Below the pieces are notes generated by a model. It had not been told where the DNA came from and did no database searches. It saw nothing but the letters and a program-made list of their open reading frames with translations. Below, one piece after another: positions 26,664-42,414 of a DNA stretch of 64,000 bases. Where the stretch lies: assembly GCA_951406725.2 (NCBI GenBank), contig OX597819.1:51646001-51710000 (forward strand), given 5' to 3'. A program made the position numbers and the translations under genes. Each line of letters begins with the position of its first letter. The first letter of the stretch is position 1. This stretch comes from Octopus vulgaris. Taxonomy: Eukaryota.

Positions 26664-27075
26664 GAGTTACGGAATGGAGCATGGGAAATCCGGGCTACAT
26701 ATGTTTCATAGCGAGTGGAACTTCAGAAGTAATGAAATCCAAGTGAGGTGTATACCGCCGGCTACTCTTCGGGCCAAGGATATCCTTCACCTGAAGAACA
26801 GCCGGCGGTACACACCTAACGTTATGTAGCCGGGATTTCCTATAATCCATTCCATAACTCTCGAATTCTTTCTCGCACACTCGGCAACTCTGGTTGCCTA
26901 CCGAGGAATAAAAAAAAAGAACTTTTTTTCTGCACATCGTTCTTCGATAAAGGAAAAGAAAAATCCGCAACCTTCCGTCTCAATGAGTCATTATTATTCC
27001 TGAGAGTTACTTTCTTTATATTTGCTATGCATTTCTCGAAGCTAACTTTCTTCCTACACCTTGATATTTGCAAAT
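26661..27075. mobile_element. Older PLE-type foldback element with degenerate HHRs, next to (TA)n
   Basis: Inverted arms ~26664-26773 and ~26790-26860. Plus arm has CTGAAGA at 26791 and an internal deletion. Minus arm reads cCGAAGA-g-tagc...gcta-t-GAAAC-ATA. Right boundary uncertain. Confidence 0.6.
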
Positions 27076-27557
27076 ATACGTATGTACAATCAGCTTCTGC
27101 ATAGTTTCTATCACCAGCATCCACTCACAAATCATTGGTCAAACCATGACTATGATAGAAAACGCGTATTCAGGACGCCGTGGTGTGAAATCGAACCTGA
27201 AACCGCATGGTCGAGAACCGAACCTTTACGCCACCCAACCACTGTGTCTATTGATCCTGATATTAGAGTGCTTGTGTTTGGGTACTCGAGGTGTGAATGT
27301 ATGCGTGTACGCATCAATATTTGCAGTCGTGCGAGTGTATGTCTGTGTCTATGCATGTGTATGTGTGTGTGGGGGGGAGGGGTGGTATCTAAAGGGGTGA
27401 GGGCAAGTCTATGTTTGTTTCTATATTTTTTTTCTGTGTCTGCAAAAATGTGTGATTGCAAGGGAGCGGCAGATAAAAAACATGAATCATTAATATCATC
27501 GACTTAGATGTGTAAATGTAGAAAAGCTAAGCGAAAGTTATATATACATATGTATGC

Positions 27558-27638
<81 letters not shown>

Positions 27639-27655
27639 TTCTGTGTGTATGTATG

Positions 27656-27693
<38 letters not shown>

Positions 27694-28767
27694 TACATGT
27701 ATACATATATATGTATACATGTATATTTATACATGCATTTATATGTATATAGATGTATACATGTACATGTATTTACACGCACATATATATTTATATGTAT
27801 ACACATATATTTATATACATACATATGCATGTATTTATATACATATTTATATAATTTATAGATATAGATATAGATGTGTGTGTGTGTATGTGTACATATG
27901 TATGTATTTATGTATGTGTGAATGTATGGCTCATTGTGTGTATGTATGTATGTATGTATGTATGTATGTATGTATGTATGTATGTATGTATGTATGTATA
28001 GAATTTGTATGTATGTATAGAATAGCAGAACAGAGTGGATTCCTTCTGGTTACTAATACTAGTGACTTGTACTGATGTTCTGATGATGCAGTTGTTGTTG
28101 TTGGCGGTGGTGGTGGTGGTGGTGGTGTTGGTGGTGGTGGTGATGGTGGTGGTGGTGGTGGTGGCGGTGGTGGTGGTGGTGGTGGTGGTGGCGGCGGCGG
28201 TGGCTGGGCTGGTTGTGGTTGGGTTGTGGCCTTGTTCCTGGTTATGATGGCGAGGACGGTAGTGGTGGTGGTGGTGGTGGTGGTGGTGGTGGTAGGGATG
28301 ATGGCGGCTTCATTAACAGCAATGATATTGATTAGGGATGAGGACGCTGGGAAATGGCGGATAGAGATCTTTGTAGTTCATGTTGTGATGATGGTTCTGG
28401 AGGTGATGGTGGTGGTGGTGGCGGCGGCTGTGGTGGTGATGGTAATGGCGGTGGCGGCAGTGGTAGCAGCAGCGGCGGCGGTAGTATTGGATTTGGTCGC
28501 GGTCGTTGTATTATTTCTTGCGAGCCCTGATTGAGCAGATGATAAAAAGTGTTTTGAAACAGAGTATTCCAGCCGTAGCCATCACGCCTGTTTACTAATG
28601 TCCAGGCACGCTGTACTAGCACGGTATACTACGACTTCATTATTAAGATGTTAGCAGGTGAGATCTGAAGGGGATTTGGTTGCTATTTCTTGCTGTCATT
28701 GTTGCTGCTGCCTCTGCTACGGCTCCTACTGTTTTTATTAGTGTTGTTGTTGTTGCTGTTGTTGTTG

Positions 28768-28799
<32 letters not shown>

Positions 28800-29077
28800 G
28801 GTGGTGGTAGTGGTGGTGGTTTGTGGTGGTGGTGGCGGCAGTGGCGGTGAAAGTGGTGGTGGTTGGTGGTGGTAGTGGTAGTCGTCGTCGTAATCGTGAT
28901 CGTCATCGTAATAGAGGCGATGGTAGTGTCATTGGTGGTGGCGTTGGTGTTGGTGGTGGTGACAGTGATGGAGCTGGGGGGGTGTTGTTGATAGTGCTGG
29001 CATAAAACGCTCTCTAGCCGTGACCATTCTGTCTGTTAAATAGAGATAATATATATATATGTGTATATGTATATATA

Positions 29078-29154
<77 letters not shown>

Positions 29155-29190
29155 ATATATGTATGTATATATATATATATGTATATATGT

Positions 29191-29297
<107 letters not shown>

Positions 29298-30118
29298 GTA
29301 TATTGACTACACAATTGTGTCCATCAATAACTAACACGATGCGGTTGTGATATGCGACACGTTCGACTGTTCTTTTTAGAATGTTCAGCGACTGGGCAAG
29401 AAGAATCCCTTGTTGGCACCCGTTACGACGGTGGTGGTGGTGGTGGTGGGTCGTTTTAGTAGTGGCGGTCGTTGTAGTCACAGTGATGGAGCTAGTGTGG
29501 TGGTAGTGGTTGTAGTAGTGGTGACGGTAATGATATGGGTGGGTAGTGATGGTGATACTGATGATGATGATGATGATGGTACAAGTATGGTGGCGTGGTG
29601 GAAGGGATTCAAGAGAGAGGTGCCATGGATGTGTGATGTCCGCAGTATTGACAATGGCGACGGTCGGTTCTGTTCTGTTCTGTTCGGTGTCATTGGTCGT
29701 TGGTAGCGGTGTCAGTTAACATTGGGGACCATGAAAGTAGGAGGCAGGCGGCAGAAGGTAGGAGGTATGCTGTACAGTTCATATTGACAATCACAAAAAA
29801 CGAAAAACAACAAAAAAAACCCGGAAAATTTCAACAACAATAACAACAACATAAACAACAATAACAACATTAGCAACAATAGCAGCAGCAAAAACTAACA
29901 AACAACAATAACAGGGAAAAAAAGAAGCAAAAGAAGATATTTAAAAACAAAACACATAACTAAGATGGCGACGTGTCGGCTTTCTTCCGCTGATAGATTC
30001 ACAGAAAGCTATTAACAGATTCAAACATCGACCAAGTCAAGCCACAAGAGAGTTGTTTGTGCTTGTTTTAGTAGTTGTTGTAGTTGTTGATGTTATTGTT
30101 ATTTATTTATTTATATTA

Positions 30119-30178
<60 letters not shown>

Positions 30179-30755
30179 GTGTTGTTGTTGTTGATGTTGT
30201 TTATTTTGGTTTTCATTTGTTTTCTTTCGTTTTTACGACATGTTGACTTGACAGTGATGTGATCAACGCCAATGTGTTTGATATGGTGTGTACTTCCATT
30301 TTTATCGCCGTCCCAGGGAGGGAGATGCAACGCGGGATAGAAGGAGAAGAGAGCGAGGGCAGAGGGAGTAAAAGGTGTGACAGAGAGAAAGAGAAGAAGA
30401 AGAAGAAGAAGAAGAGAGAGAGAGAGAGAAAATGAAAGAGTGTTGTGTTTCGATGTATTTGTATATGTACTTGATATGTTTCCACGTGTGTGTCTGCTTG
30501 TTTGTGTGTGTGTGTGTATGTGTATGTGTGTGTATGTGTGTGTGTGTAGGAGATGAGTGAGGAAGAGAAAGAAATAGAGGGTACAGGAGACACAGAGGGA
30601 GCAAACAGAATGGCACACAAGCAAGTACATACACACGCACAATGCAGATTCACACACACAAACACACGCGTGTACAATGTGTGCATATTCATGCATATAT
30701 ACATACATACATACATACATACACACATACACACACACATACATACATACATACA

Positions 30756-30791
<36 letters not shown>

Positions 30792-31198
30792 TATGTATAC
30801 GTGCATGCATACATACATACATGCATACATACTAGGGAGTCTGTGTAAGGGTGTATCTATGCTTGCACATACACATATATCATAATAAAAGTATATATAC
30901 TTCTGTAGAAATATCAGTACGTTTGTACACACACACACGCACACACATACGGATATGCTCATATACATGCACACATATATACATACACATATAGACGCAT
31001 ACTCACGTTAAAATGTGCACGGTGTATTGAACACTTTTATGTGTTTGTATAAGATAAGCAAAAACAACTTATATATGCATGTACGTATATACAAATATCT
31101 ACATACATACATACATACATACATACATACATACATACATACATACATACATACATACATACATACATACATACGCACAGGCACATACACACACGAAC

Positions 31199-31344
<146 letters not shown>

Positions 31345-31793
31345 TCAGCATAGAGAGAAGGAAAAACCAGAGAATTGATGAGGGCGAGAGAAAGTGAAAG
31401 TAGAAAAGAGAGCGTCAGTATGACAGTGAGATCGTGGAAAAGAGGGTGAAAATCAAATAATGCAAGCAATAAAGAAATAATATATTGAAACATCAGCGCT
31501 AAAAAGGTTAGAGTGAAGTGGATTCGGTTATGTATATAGTTATATAGAGTAGTGCGTGTATTATAGATTGATTTGTGTGTGTGTGTGTGTGTGTGTGTGC
31601 GTTTCATATATGATATATGTACGTGTCTGTGTATATGATATGTGTGGTTGTTTGTGGGTGTAAGTACGTGTCAGTGTATGCGTGCAATCTATGAATGTAT
31701 ATGTATGTTTCATTTCTTATCTATGTGTGTATGTGTTTGCTTGTGTATGTGTGTGTGTGTGTGTGTGTGTGTTTCCACGTGTCTGTTTGCTCG

Positions 31794-31844
<51 letters not shown>

Positions 31845-31999
31845 TAGATAGATAGATACATACATACATACATACATACATACATACATACATACATACA
31901 TACATACATAGATGCAGCGTGGTCATTAAATCATTCGATGGAGTTACACAAATACACGAAGACATATACACAAATATACATACGTGCGCATACAAACAA

Positions 32000-32032
<33 letters not shown>

Positions 32033-32491
32033 AGCACATGCACAAAGAGCGTAAATACTCTTAAAAAACAAAATGCAAATATACATACATACACACACAC
32101 CTACACACACCACAAAACAAGCAGCCATTCATCCAACGAGCCACAACACGTCACACACTCACGACCAACGCACTCCTACTCCCAGGCACACGCACGTACG
32201 CACGCACCCGCACGTTACCATTCATTAACGCAGCTGAACCGATGCATAGAACAGCGATGAGGCGATGCACACGCGCACGCCCTTCGGTCATGCGCAGTTG
32301 AACAGACTCGCGTGCGCGTTGAATGTACTCCGGTCGGACGCGTGCGGCCATTTGATGCAGAGTTTTTTCTCGAGAGAACACTGCGGAATTGGCTCTCTCT
32401 CTTTAGTACGCTGGCCGGATAGTAAGCTGGCAGCCTGTAGGAATTAGCAGGACTTCATAGTATTGAACACACTGGTACGCACTTACGCGCA

Positions 32492-32707
32492 GGCGCAGGA
32501 ATGACTGTGTGGTAAGTAGCTTGCTTACCAACCACATAGTTCAGGGTTTAGTCCCACTACGCGGCACCTTGCGCAATTGCATTCTACTTTAGCCTCAGGC
32601 CGACCAAAGCCTTGTGAGTGGATTTGGCACACGGAAACTGAAAGAAGCCCGTCGTATATATATATTTATATACATACAGACACACATATACATACAGACA
32701 CACAAAT

Positions 32708-32774
<67 letters not shown>

Positions 32775-32937
32775 AGACAGGCTTCTTTCAGCTTCCATCT
32801 ACCAAATCCACTCACAAGGCTTTGGGCGTCCAGAGGCTATAGTAGAAGACACTTGCCAAAGGTGCCATGCAGTGGGACTGAACGCGGTGCCAAGTGGTTG
32901 GGAAGCAAACTTCTTACCACACAGCTACTCCTGCGCC
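32492..32937. mobile_element. Two SINE family A heads in inverted orientation joined at the internal microsatellite
   Basis: Plus head 32492-32654, TA/CA tract, minus head 32776-32937. Neither has a 3' half. Confidence 0.85.
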
Positions 32938-32939
32938 TC

Positions 32940-33468
32940 GAACCCACACCCACCCGTGCTTTCCCCACTCTTGCCTCCTCCACCTCCCAACAACATCACA
33001 CCACACCACACCACACCACACCACACTACATCATACAACATTACACATCACATCACAACACACCACCTACACACCAGCACTGACCAATTCCCATCCCCAC
33101 ATTTTCACACCTACACATCCAAACACGCACACATCCAGACCACCAGCCCTCTTTCATACGCACAAACATACTCTCTTATACACACACGCACCTTCGTGTT
33201 GGAGGGTCATCTTTACTTTGTTATCTCCCCTACTTCTTCGCTCTCCTGTATGACCCTTCTGTCCGGCAGTCGCCATGATAGATCGGTATCCTCTACACAC
33301 ATTTTTTTCTCTCCTTGTTTCTCGCCTTGTATTTTTTCTGTGTCCCTTTCTGTAGAAGAGCGTAGGCTCGAAATGTAAAAGACTTTTTCTATTCCTGAGC
33401 GTTATACTAATACATCTGTTTGTTTTGTAAACCACCTGTCTTCGTCTTTTGTTTTTTTCGTAAACTCT

Positions 33469-33472
<4 letters not shown>
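32940..33472 (+). mobile_element. Longer PLE-like 3' region with variant HHR, ending in (TA)n
   Basis: HHR-like 33346-33381: cttt-CTGTAGA-agagc(gtag)gctc-GAAAT-GTA-aaag, followed by ttcctgagcgt as in the 13432 family. 5' boundary uncertain. Confidence 0.6.
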
Positions 33473-33532
<60 letters not shown>

Positions 33533-33582
33533 GTACGTATATACATATATATGTACATATTTATATGTATGTACATACATAT

Positions 33583-34182
<600 letters not shown>

Positions 34183-34489
34183 AACAAAGCGCCAATCTGT
34201 TTGCTAGTAACCAGGCCAAAATCTTAATTCTGTGTTCAGCTGCATTATGGAGCAGAAATTTTTCGATGGCTTCAGCCTTATTCGAACATTTTCTCAGCTG
34301 AATCTGGGAATTCTTTCGTTCTATTGTCTATTGCTGAAGCCTGCAGCCAAGATGGCAAACAAGTCCAGCTTACACAGATAATGTTCATATGGTAGACTGT
34401 CGAAACCAGACGATTGATTGACTGTTTGCACGACCACTTACAAATAAGCGTATTTCCTCTGTTATTATCAACTTTTCTCAGCACGCAGG

Positions 34490-34762
34490 TCGCAGGTCAG
34501 TGTGGTAAGCACTGAAGTCTTTTCCCGTTTCTGGTCCACCGCTCGCAGCAAACAGTTGAGAAAAGTAGCATTATAAAACCGCAGCACACATGTGCTTGGA
34601 ATCGTGCTGCACGCGCCTGTCTCGTTCCATCAAAGACCAAATTGTGGCCTTTTTGCAACGTCGCACCTCTGCCATGCGGGCCAACTGAACAGCTTTCTGT
34701 CCTCCATGTCTCAGAGGACGCGCACCTCTTGGTTCACGTTTCGCCTTGGAGATACAACACAA
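34490..34762 (-). pseudogene. Tx1/L1-like ORF2 endonuclease-RT linker fragment
   Basis: RGARPLRHGGQKAVQLARMAEVRRCKKATIWSLMERDRRVQHDSKHMCAAVL*CYFSQLF resembles the L1/Tx1 linker pattern (R..EGEK...R...I..L...G.......Y..LF). Confidence 0.45.
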
Positions 34763-34763
34763 C

Positions 34764-34838
<75 letters not shown>

Positions 34839-34936
34839 CATCATCGTTATTATTATCATCATCACCATCATCATCATTATTGTTATTATTATTATTATTA
34901 TTTTCATCATCATTATTGTTATTATTGTTATTGTTA

Positions 34937-34979
<43 letters not shown>

Positions 34980-35075
34980 TACTACTACTACTACTACTAC
35001 TACTATTATCAATATTATTATTATTACTATTATCATCATCATTATTGTTATTATTGTTATTATTATTATTATTAA

Positions 35076-35117
<42 letters not shown>

Positions 35118-35155
35118 TACTACTATTATCAATATTATTATTATCATCATCATTA

Positions 35156-35234
<79 letters not shown>

Positions 35235-35523
35235 CCTCATCATCATCATCATCATCATTCTCCTTTCTCATTATCATCATCATCATCATTGCATGGATGT
35301 TTCGGACGTTGGGAACAATACAAAGGCAAAATAAAAATAATAAAAACGACTAAGAAATAGAAGGTTCATCTGGAAATTAAAAATATACCATCGACAACAA
35401 TAAAGACAAATCAATACATAGATGGCAATAAATAGTAATAAAAAAATATATACAACGACAAAATAATAACTAAAAAGGATACTCAAAATTTAGGATCAGT
35501 GATCCGAAGACATACACACATAC

Positions 35524-35572
<49 letters not shown>

Positions 35573-35816
35573 TACACATCCGCGGATTACCACGATACAC
35601 AAAAAGCAAATGCATTCTCGTTCTACAGTTGCACAGTTAAAGTAGGTCTATTTAGCACAAATATAGTTTACAAAAATATACATTCCTCCGACATCCTCGC
35701 TTGTCATGCTCGGTTTTTTTAATGTTCACTCTTTGCTAAATATAACATCTTCACTTCACTGCTCTTTGTCCGTCATTCCAGTATAGTCCATTGTTGAATA
35801 AGCACTTTCACCCCGT

Positions 35817-35853
35817 TCTGTTTGACGAAGGACCATTGTCCGAAATGTCACTC
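35817..35853 (+). ncRNA. Degenerate hammerhead motif
   Basis: TTGACGA-a-ggac(catt)gtcc-GAAAT-GTC. Perfect stem II, but C3 is mutated and stem I is weak. Confidence 0.5.
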
Positions 35854-35914
35854 TCACTTTCTTTCTCTTCCTCCACAGCACTCTTTATATCTGTATATAC
35901 ACCACCTTCACTAT

Positions 35915-36254
35915 GTGAAGGCGCGTGGCTCAGTGGTTAGAGCGTCGAGCTTACGATCGTGAAGTTGTGAGCTCGAATCCCAGACCGGGCTGTGTGTTGC
36001 GTTCTTGAGCAAGACACTTTATTTCACGTTGCTCCAGTTCACTCAGCTGTAGAAATGAGTTGCGACGTCACAGGTGCCAAGCTGTATCGGCCCTCGCCTT
36101 TCCCTTGGACAACATCGGTGACGTGGAGAGGGGAGGCCGGTATGCATGGGCGACTGCTGGTCTTCCATAAAACAACCTTGCCCAGACTTGTGCCTCAGAG
36201 GGTAACTCTCTAGGTGCAAACCCATGGTCAGTGTCTGACCGAAGGGGGTCATCT
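35915..36254 (+). mobile_element. tRNA-derived CORE-like SINE (family C) with 15-bp TSD
   Basis: Head shared with family B, different tail. TSD tatacaccaccttca at 35896-35910 and 36255-36269. Confidence 0.9.
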
Positions 36255-36339
36255 TATACACCACCTTCAGCATAACATTTTTGGTTACTTCTATGCACGC
36301 TTCCCGTCCTACTATACAACAAAAGTGACAACGAAGCAA

Positions 36340-36520
36340 AAAAAAAACATTGCCAACAACATCCTCTGTCGAGACCCCAAGAATTACGTCAGCACAAATA
36401 TTGGTGTATAAGCTTCAAGTCAAGTGAAACAGTACACTAGCACGTCTTCCTTTTTCACCTCATCCTCCATTTCCAATACAACACATATGATTTCGTGGTT
36501 TCTACCTTGACAAACGAAGG
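36340..36520 (+). pseudogene. Possible highly degenerate Penelope-like RT/GIY-YIG linker remnant
   Basis: Translation NNILCRDPKNYVSTNIG, then IS-N-T..MIS..STLTN with frameshifts, resembles the recalled PLE motif RNIxWxNPPxSxxVxTNIG...IFNRNTxKxSYSCxxN. Confidence 0.3.
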
Positions 36521-37157
36521 AGATGTTATTCCACGTATCGATCAAGACTGCTTACAATTGCTCTTTCGTAGGCTTAACAAAGACACCTGTGCTTTTCATG
36601 GTGCGGGAATTTTATATTTCACGTTATTCGCTAAAGAACTGAGGTAAGTGTGTACTACCCTTTGTCACATAACCCTCCCCAGTGGACTTTAGAAATTCAT
36701 ATCCAAGGCTCATCAGTTCTGCAAAACATATAGTAAGAAATGCTTCAAATGAGTTCCTCATTTCTCAAATAACAACTAGCATCCGACCTGTTGCGATCGT
36801 TATTTAAGTAGTTTTAATTACTTGAAATTTGTGATTTGCCGAGAGGAAATTACCATCTTCTTTTTTTATCTTTTTATTTATTTTTTTTCTTCACATTATT
36901 GGAATTTGAAATCAGAACGTGAAGAAAGTATTTTGTCCGACTTTGTAACGATTCCGACAATCAAATAACAATAACGATGATGATGATGAGGAGGATGAGG
37001 AGGATGATGACGATGATGACGATGATTGTTATGACGACGTCGGTGATGCTGATAAATTTATATTGGTCTCCATTTTTGCCACAAGAGCAACAAAATGATA
37101 AAAGATTTTAAATTGATTAGCTTAGATATACTTTGAGCGCTGTACGTATGAGTCAAC

Positions 37158-37203
<46 letters not shown>

Positions 37204-37433
37204 TGTATGTAATGTTTGTATATATAGTACTATAATGTAGTTTACAATTCACTGACAAAAAGAGAGAGAGAGGGGGGAGAGAGAGCGGATGCGAAAGATA
37301 GCTCAACACATTTATTCAATAACGATTTCATTGAGAGTAAAGCAAAGATCAATTGTTTCGCCGAGAAAGAACAAATTGTCACAAGGAATTTAACTTTACA
37401 ATGCGTTCAGTATATATGAATGTGTATGTATGA

Positions 37434-37509
<76 letters not shown>

Positions 37510-38358
37510 GTGTGGGAGGATGTGCGTGTGTTGGAAAGCGGTATCACAAAAATCAGAGTAACAGTGGTGTAAAATCTCAATTTTAATCATCGTCGTCGTC
37601 GTCGTCGTTGTCGTCGTCATCATCGCCGTCGTCATCTTCATCGTTAGCATCAATAGCAATAAAAATTGTGATGACAATGAAAAGATAAGGCAGAAAACGT
37701 ACTTCATTAACTAAGGTGGTATATGTATATTTTACGACTGGCTTTGAAAATCTCGTGCTTTTATTACGCTTTTATTTAACCGTGGGATATTGTGCGCACA
37801 TATGCACACCATCACACATACACACACATACACACACACACACATACACACACAACATGGTCAAACACACACACACACGCATACGAACGCACACACACAC
37901 ACATACGAACTCACACACGTATATATAAAACGGGACACGCCCGCATGTACATACATATATATGCATATGAATTATGCATATGTGTATAAATATGTATGTA
38001 TATAAGTATGTGTATGTGGGTGTATATATGAACATGTGGACTATTATGCGTGCCACATGTTTTCATATAATTCATATACGTGTGCTTTTCCAAACATATG
38101 CATTCACACACACACACTCTACTCATGAACACGCATTTTATGTGTGTGTGTGTATATATATATGTATCCGTGTGCGTGTTTATGTACATATATATCATAT
38201 ACATATATATATCATATACATATATATATATACATATATATACATATAAATATGTATATATGTATACATATACATGCATACAAATACGAATATCTATCTA
38301 TCTATATATATATATATATATATATATTTGTATGTTTATGTATGTATGTGTATATATA

Positions 38359-38407
<49 letters not shown>

Positions 38408-39988
38408 TTATATCTATATAAATAAGTATATTTAAAGGGAATAATTAATGAATTCTTCCCTTATGAGGTTTTTCATGCTAACTACATGATAAATTCTTAT
38501 CCTATTTTAAAATTTAAGATTTTATCCTATTTTAAAATTATACACACACACACACACACACACACATACACACACACACACACACATATGTACAGCCATG
38601 TGTGTGTATACAGACATACAAGCATATACATACATATGTACCTATATACACACATAAACACACAGAGACACGCACACACTCACACAGACATATGCCTAAT
38701 ATACAAACGTATACACAGATAGTCAGAAACCAGTGTACATATGTGGCGTTGATACGCCATCACAAATGATGTCAGGAAAGGAAGACATTCAATGCTGACT
38801 AAGACGAATGTCTGGCGCAATCTACAGAGAAACGCCATTGTTGTTGAATGCGTGTCGTTGTTTATAAGTAACTTACCCGCGTAGTTCATGGCCATATACC
38901 CAGTTCTGTACATTTAGTTGCCAACGACGTGCGGCCATTTTATTTGAAAGCGGACGTCAGCCACGACGTCCGCAAAAAGCCTGTGTTTTCACCTCATTTT
39001 TGGTTGCCATATTTATTTTTTAGTATGTGTGTGTGTGTGTTTACATTATTTTTACATTTTTTTTGTTATTTTGACATTTCTTTTTTTTTGTTGTTGTTGT
39101 TTTCTTCTCCTTGTCACGCGCTGTTGTTGTTTCCTCATTCCCCCGCGGACTTGCCGCCTGTTCTTAATACCCGTTCTTCATGTGCGCACGTTGCATCGCC
39201 CTTGAACGCATGCGGCAGAGGTGGGAATTATGTAGAGAAATACATATGTACATGTATGTATGTCTCTATGTATGTATGTCTGTATGCATGTATGTATGCA
39301 TGCATGTATGTACATATATATTATATATATATATATATACACATACATATATACGCACATATATATGTACATATATAAATATTTGTATGTTTATAAATAC
39401 ATACATACGAATATATATATACATATGTACCTACGTACATACATAGATACATGTATACATTCACACATACATATATATATATATATCTATGAATGCAAAT
39501 TAAGAATCACACACACACACACTCACACACACAGAAACGCACACAAAAACACACACAATCACATACACAATCTTACACACTCATACAAAGACACAACAGC
39601 CTACAAGCGTGCACAAAGACGCACGCACATAAGTACACACACATACACACATAAATACACACACGCACGCACGCACGCACACACAGAGACACACACGTGC
39701 ACACACACACACGCACACACACACACACACACACACGTGCACGCGTTCAGAGGGAGAAACGTACACACGCCACGCGCTGAATTCAATTGAGCGCTGTTCA
39801 CGTTTTGGTCACGTGTCGACACCGAAAATGTGATGTGATCGCCGTCGGTTGATGCACGTTAGGTTCCTACTTGCACGTGATTCATTTGAAGCGACAGGAG
39901 TTGATGATGAGGGGTTAGTCAATGAGTGGTGTTGGTCTGGCAGGAATGGGCTTTTATATACACACACACACATACAGTGTATGGGCGA

Positions 39989-40037
<49 letters not shown>

Positions 40038-40172
40038 CGTGATTTTATCAGTGTGCATATGGGCAAGTAAGTAGACGTTTGTATGCATCTATCTAGCAAA
40101 TTATCTATTTATATATATATAAACATATATATAAACATATATATATATATATATATATATAGATAGATATAT

Positions 40173-40205
<33 letters not shown>

Positions 40206-40244
40206 TGTATATATATATATATATATATATGTGTGTATTATATA

Positions 40245-40304
<60 letters not shown>

Positions 40305-40719
40305 CATAAGATTTGTTGAGACGGAGAAGAGAGGGTGGAGAAGATGAAGAAGGAGAAGAAGGAGGAGGAGGAGAGGATAGATAAATTGATAGACAGATAG
40401 ACAGACAGACAAGCAGGCAGACAGACGTGGCATACATACTTGCATGTGTGCATACATACACACATCCATCCATCCATCCATCCATCCATCCATCCATCCA
40501 TACATACATACATACATACATACATACATACATACATACATACATACATACATACATACACACACATGAGGTTGTTATTAGATTGATGGATGGATGGATG
40601 GATGGATGGATGGATAGATGTATAGATGTCCTCGTTAGTAGAAACAAAGCATTAAGAACGGAAAGCGTGCAGTTTTAAACTTCCGTGTGTATATGAGATT
40701 GTGCGTCTATGTACGTGTG

Positions 40720-40757
<38 letters not shown>

Positions 40758-41012
40758 TGTGTGTGTGTATGTGTGTGTGTTTATTTATGAGTCCAGAGAA
40801 AGACCGATAGTAAGGTGACAAAGAGACGGGCGGGCAGGCAGACAGGCAGACAGGCGAACTGTGGTACAAGAAAACATAGAGAGTAGATCGAATGGTGATG
40901 AATTGAATAGATTTTGACTTCTAAGTAGAGGGCTGAAAATAATAACGAGATCCTGGAAAAGACAATAGGTAAAAGTAAGCGACAGACGGTTAAGACAAGA
41001 GGTAAACGCAAA

Positions 41013-41138
<126 letters not shown>

Positions 41139-41540
41139 AGAGAGAGAAAGTAAGGGTGAGAGGAAGAGAGAAAGAGAGGAAGACAGATATACAGAAAGAA
41201 CATGATAAACGAATAGAAAATGCATAAATGAGAAGCTATGAACAGATACAAAGAGATACATAAAGAGATTAGATGAATGGTACGGATGAATGATTAGATG
41301 GCTTGAAGCCTGGAAGGGTAGATGCTGTGTTTTCCGTGGGTGGGTACTTGGGAGGCTTCCAGTTTATGTGGGTGGGCAGCTGACCACTATTAATGTTGAT
41401 TATTTAGGTGTCTCTTAATGATAGTACAAATAAATCTAAAGGCAACAATGAAACTATAAGAGCTTGTTATTAAATGGAACCTATTGTGTTACACGTGGAC
41501 GCACTTATGCTCTTATCAGATTGTCACATTGTTTCCAGTT

Positions 41541-41579
<39 letters not shown>

Positions 41580-41764
41580 TCTGTTTATTTATTTTGACCA
41601 CTTGAAGTAATGGGCAGTAAACTGATATGCAAATCAATAAAATGCAAATATATGAAAATGCCTAATTTGGTGGGTAAATAAAAGAAATTTAATAAAAGAA
41701 AAAAATATATATAACAAAAAAAAATAAATGAATAATAAGTGAACATCTTAGATAAATAAGGCAG

Positions 41765-42126
<362 letters not shown>

Positions 42127-42127
<1 letters not shown>

Positions 42128-42209
42128 TGTTTCTTTATTAGCCACACAGGGCTGCACACAGATAGAACAAATTACAAGGTAGAGCTTTTCTTTTGAAGGT
42201 TTAAGAAAG

Positions 42210-42243
<34 letters not shown>

Positions 42244-42414
42244 CTCTGTTTTCGATTTCTGGGTTCATAGGACTATGCTCAAGGTGGCTTCGTCATTCAT
42301 ACGTGCCATTCTTGCTACATTCACCCATCTTTTTTTAGCACTGCCAGGCCAGGGATCTCTGGAAGTTGTCCATGGGCCCTGGCCCGAAAGTCGTCCTGAA
42401 CAGGCGGGTCAGGT

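Noticed and set aside
36560-36650. Host exon ending at GAG|GTAAGT
   Set aside because: Isolated donor motif with no supporting acceptor or recognisable reading frame.
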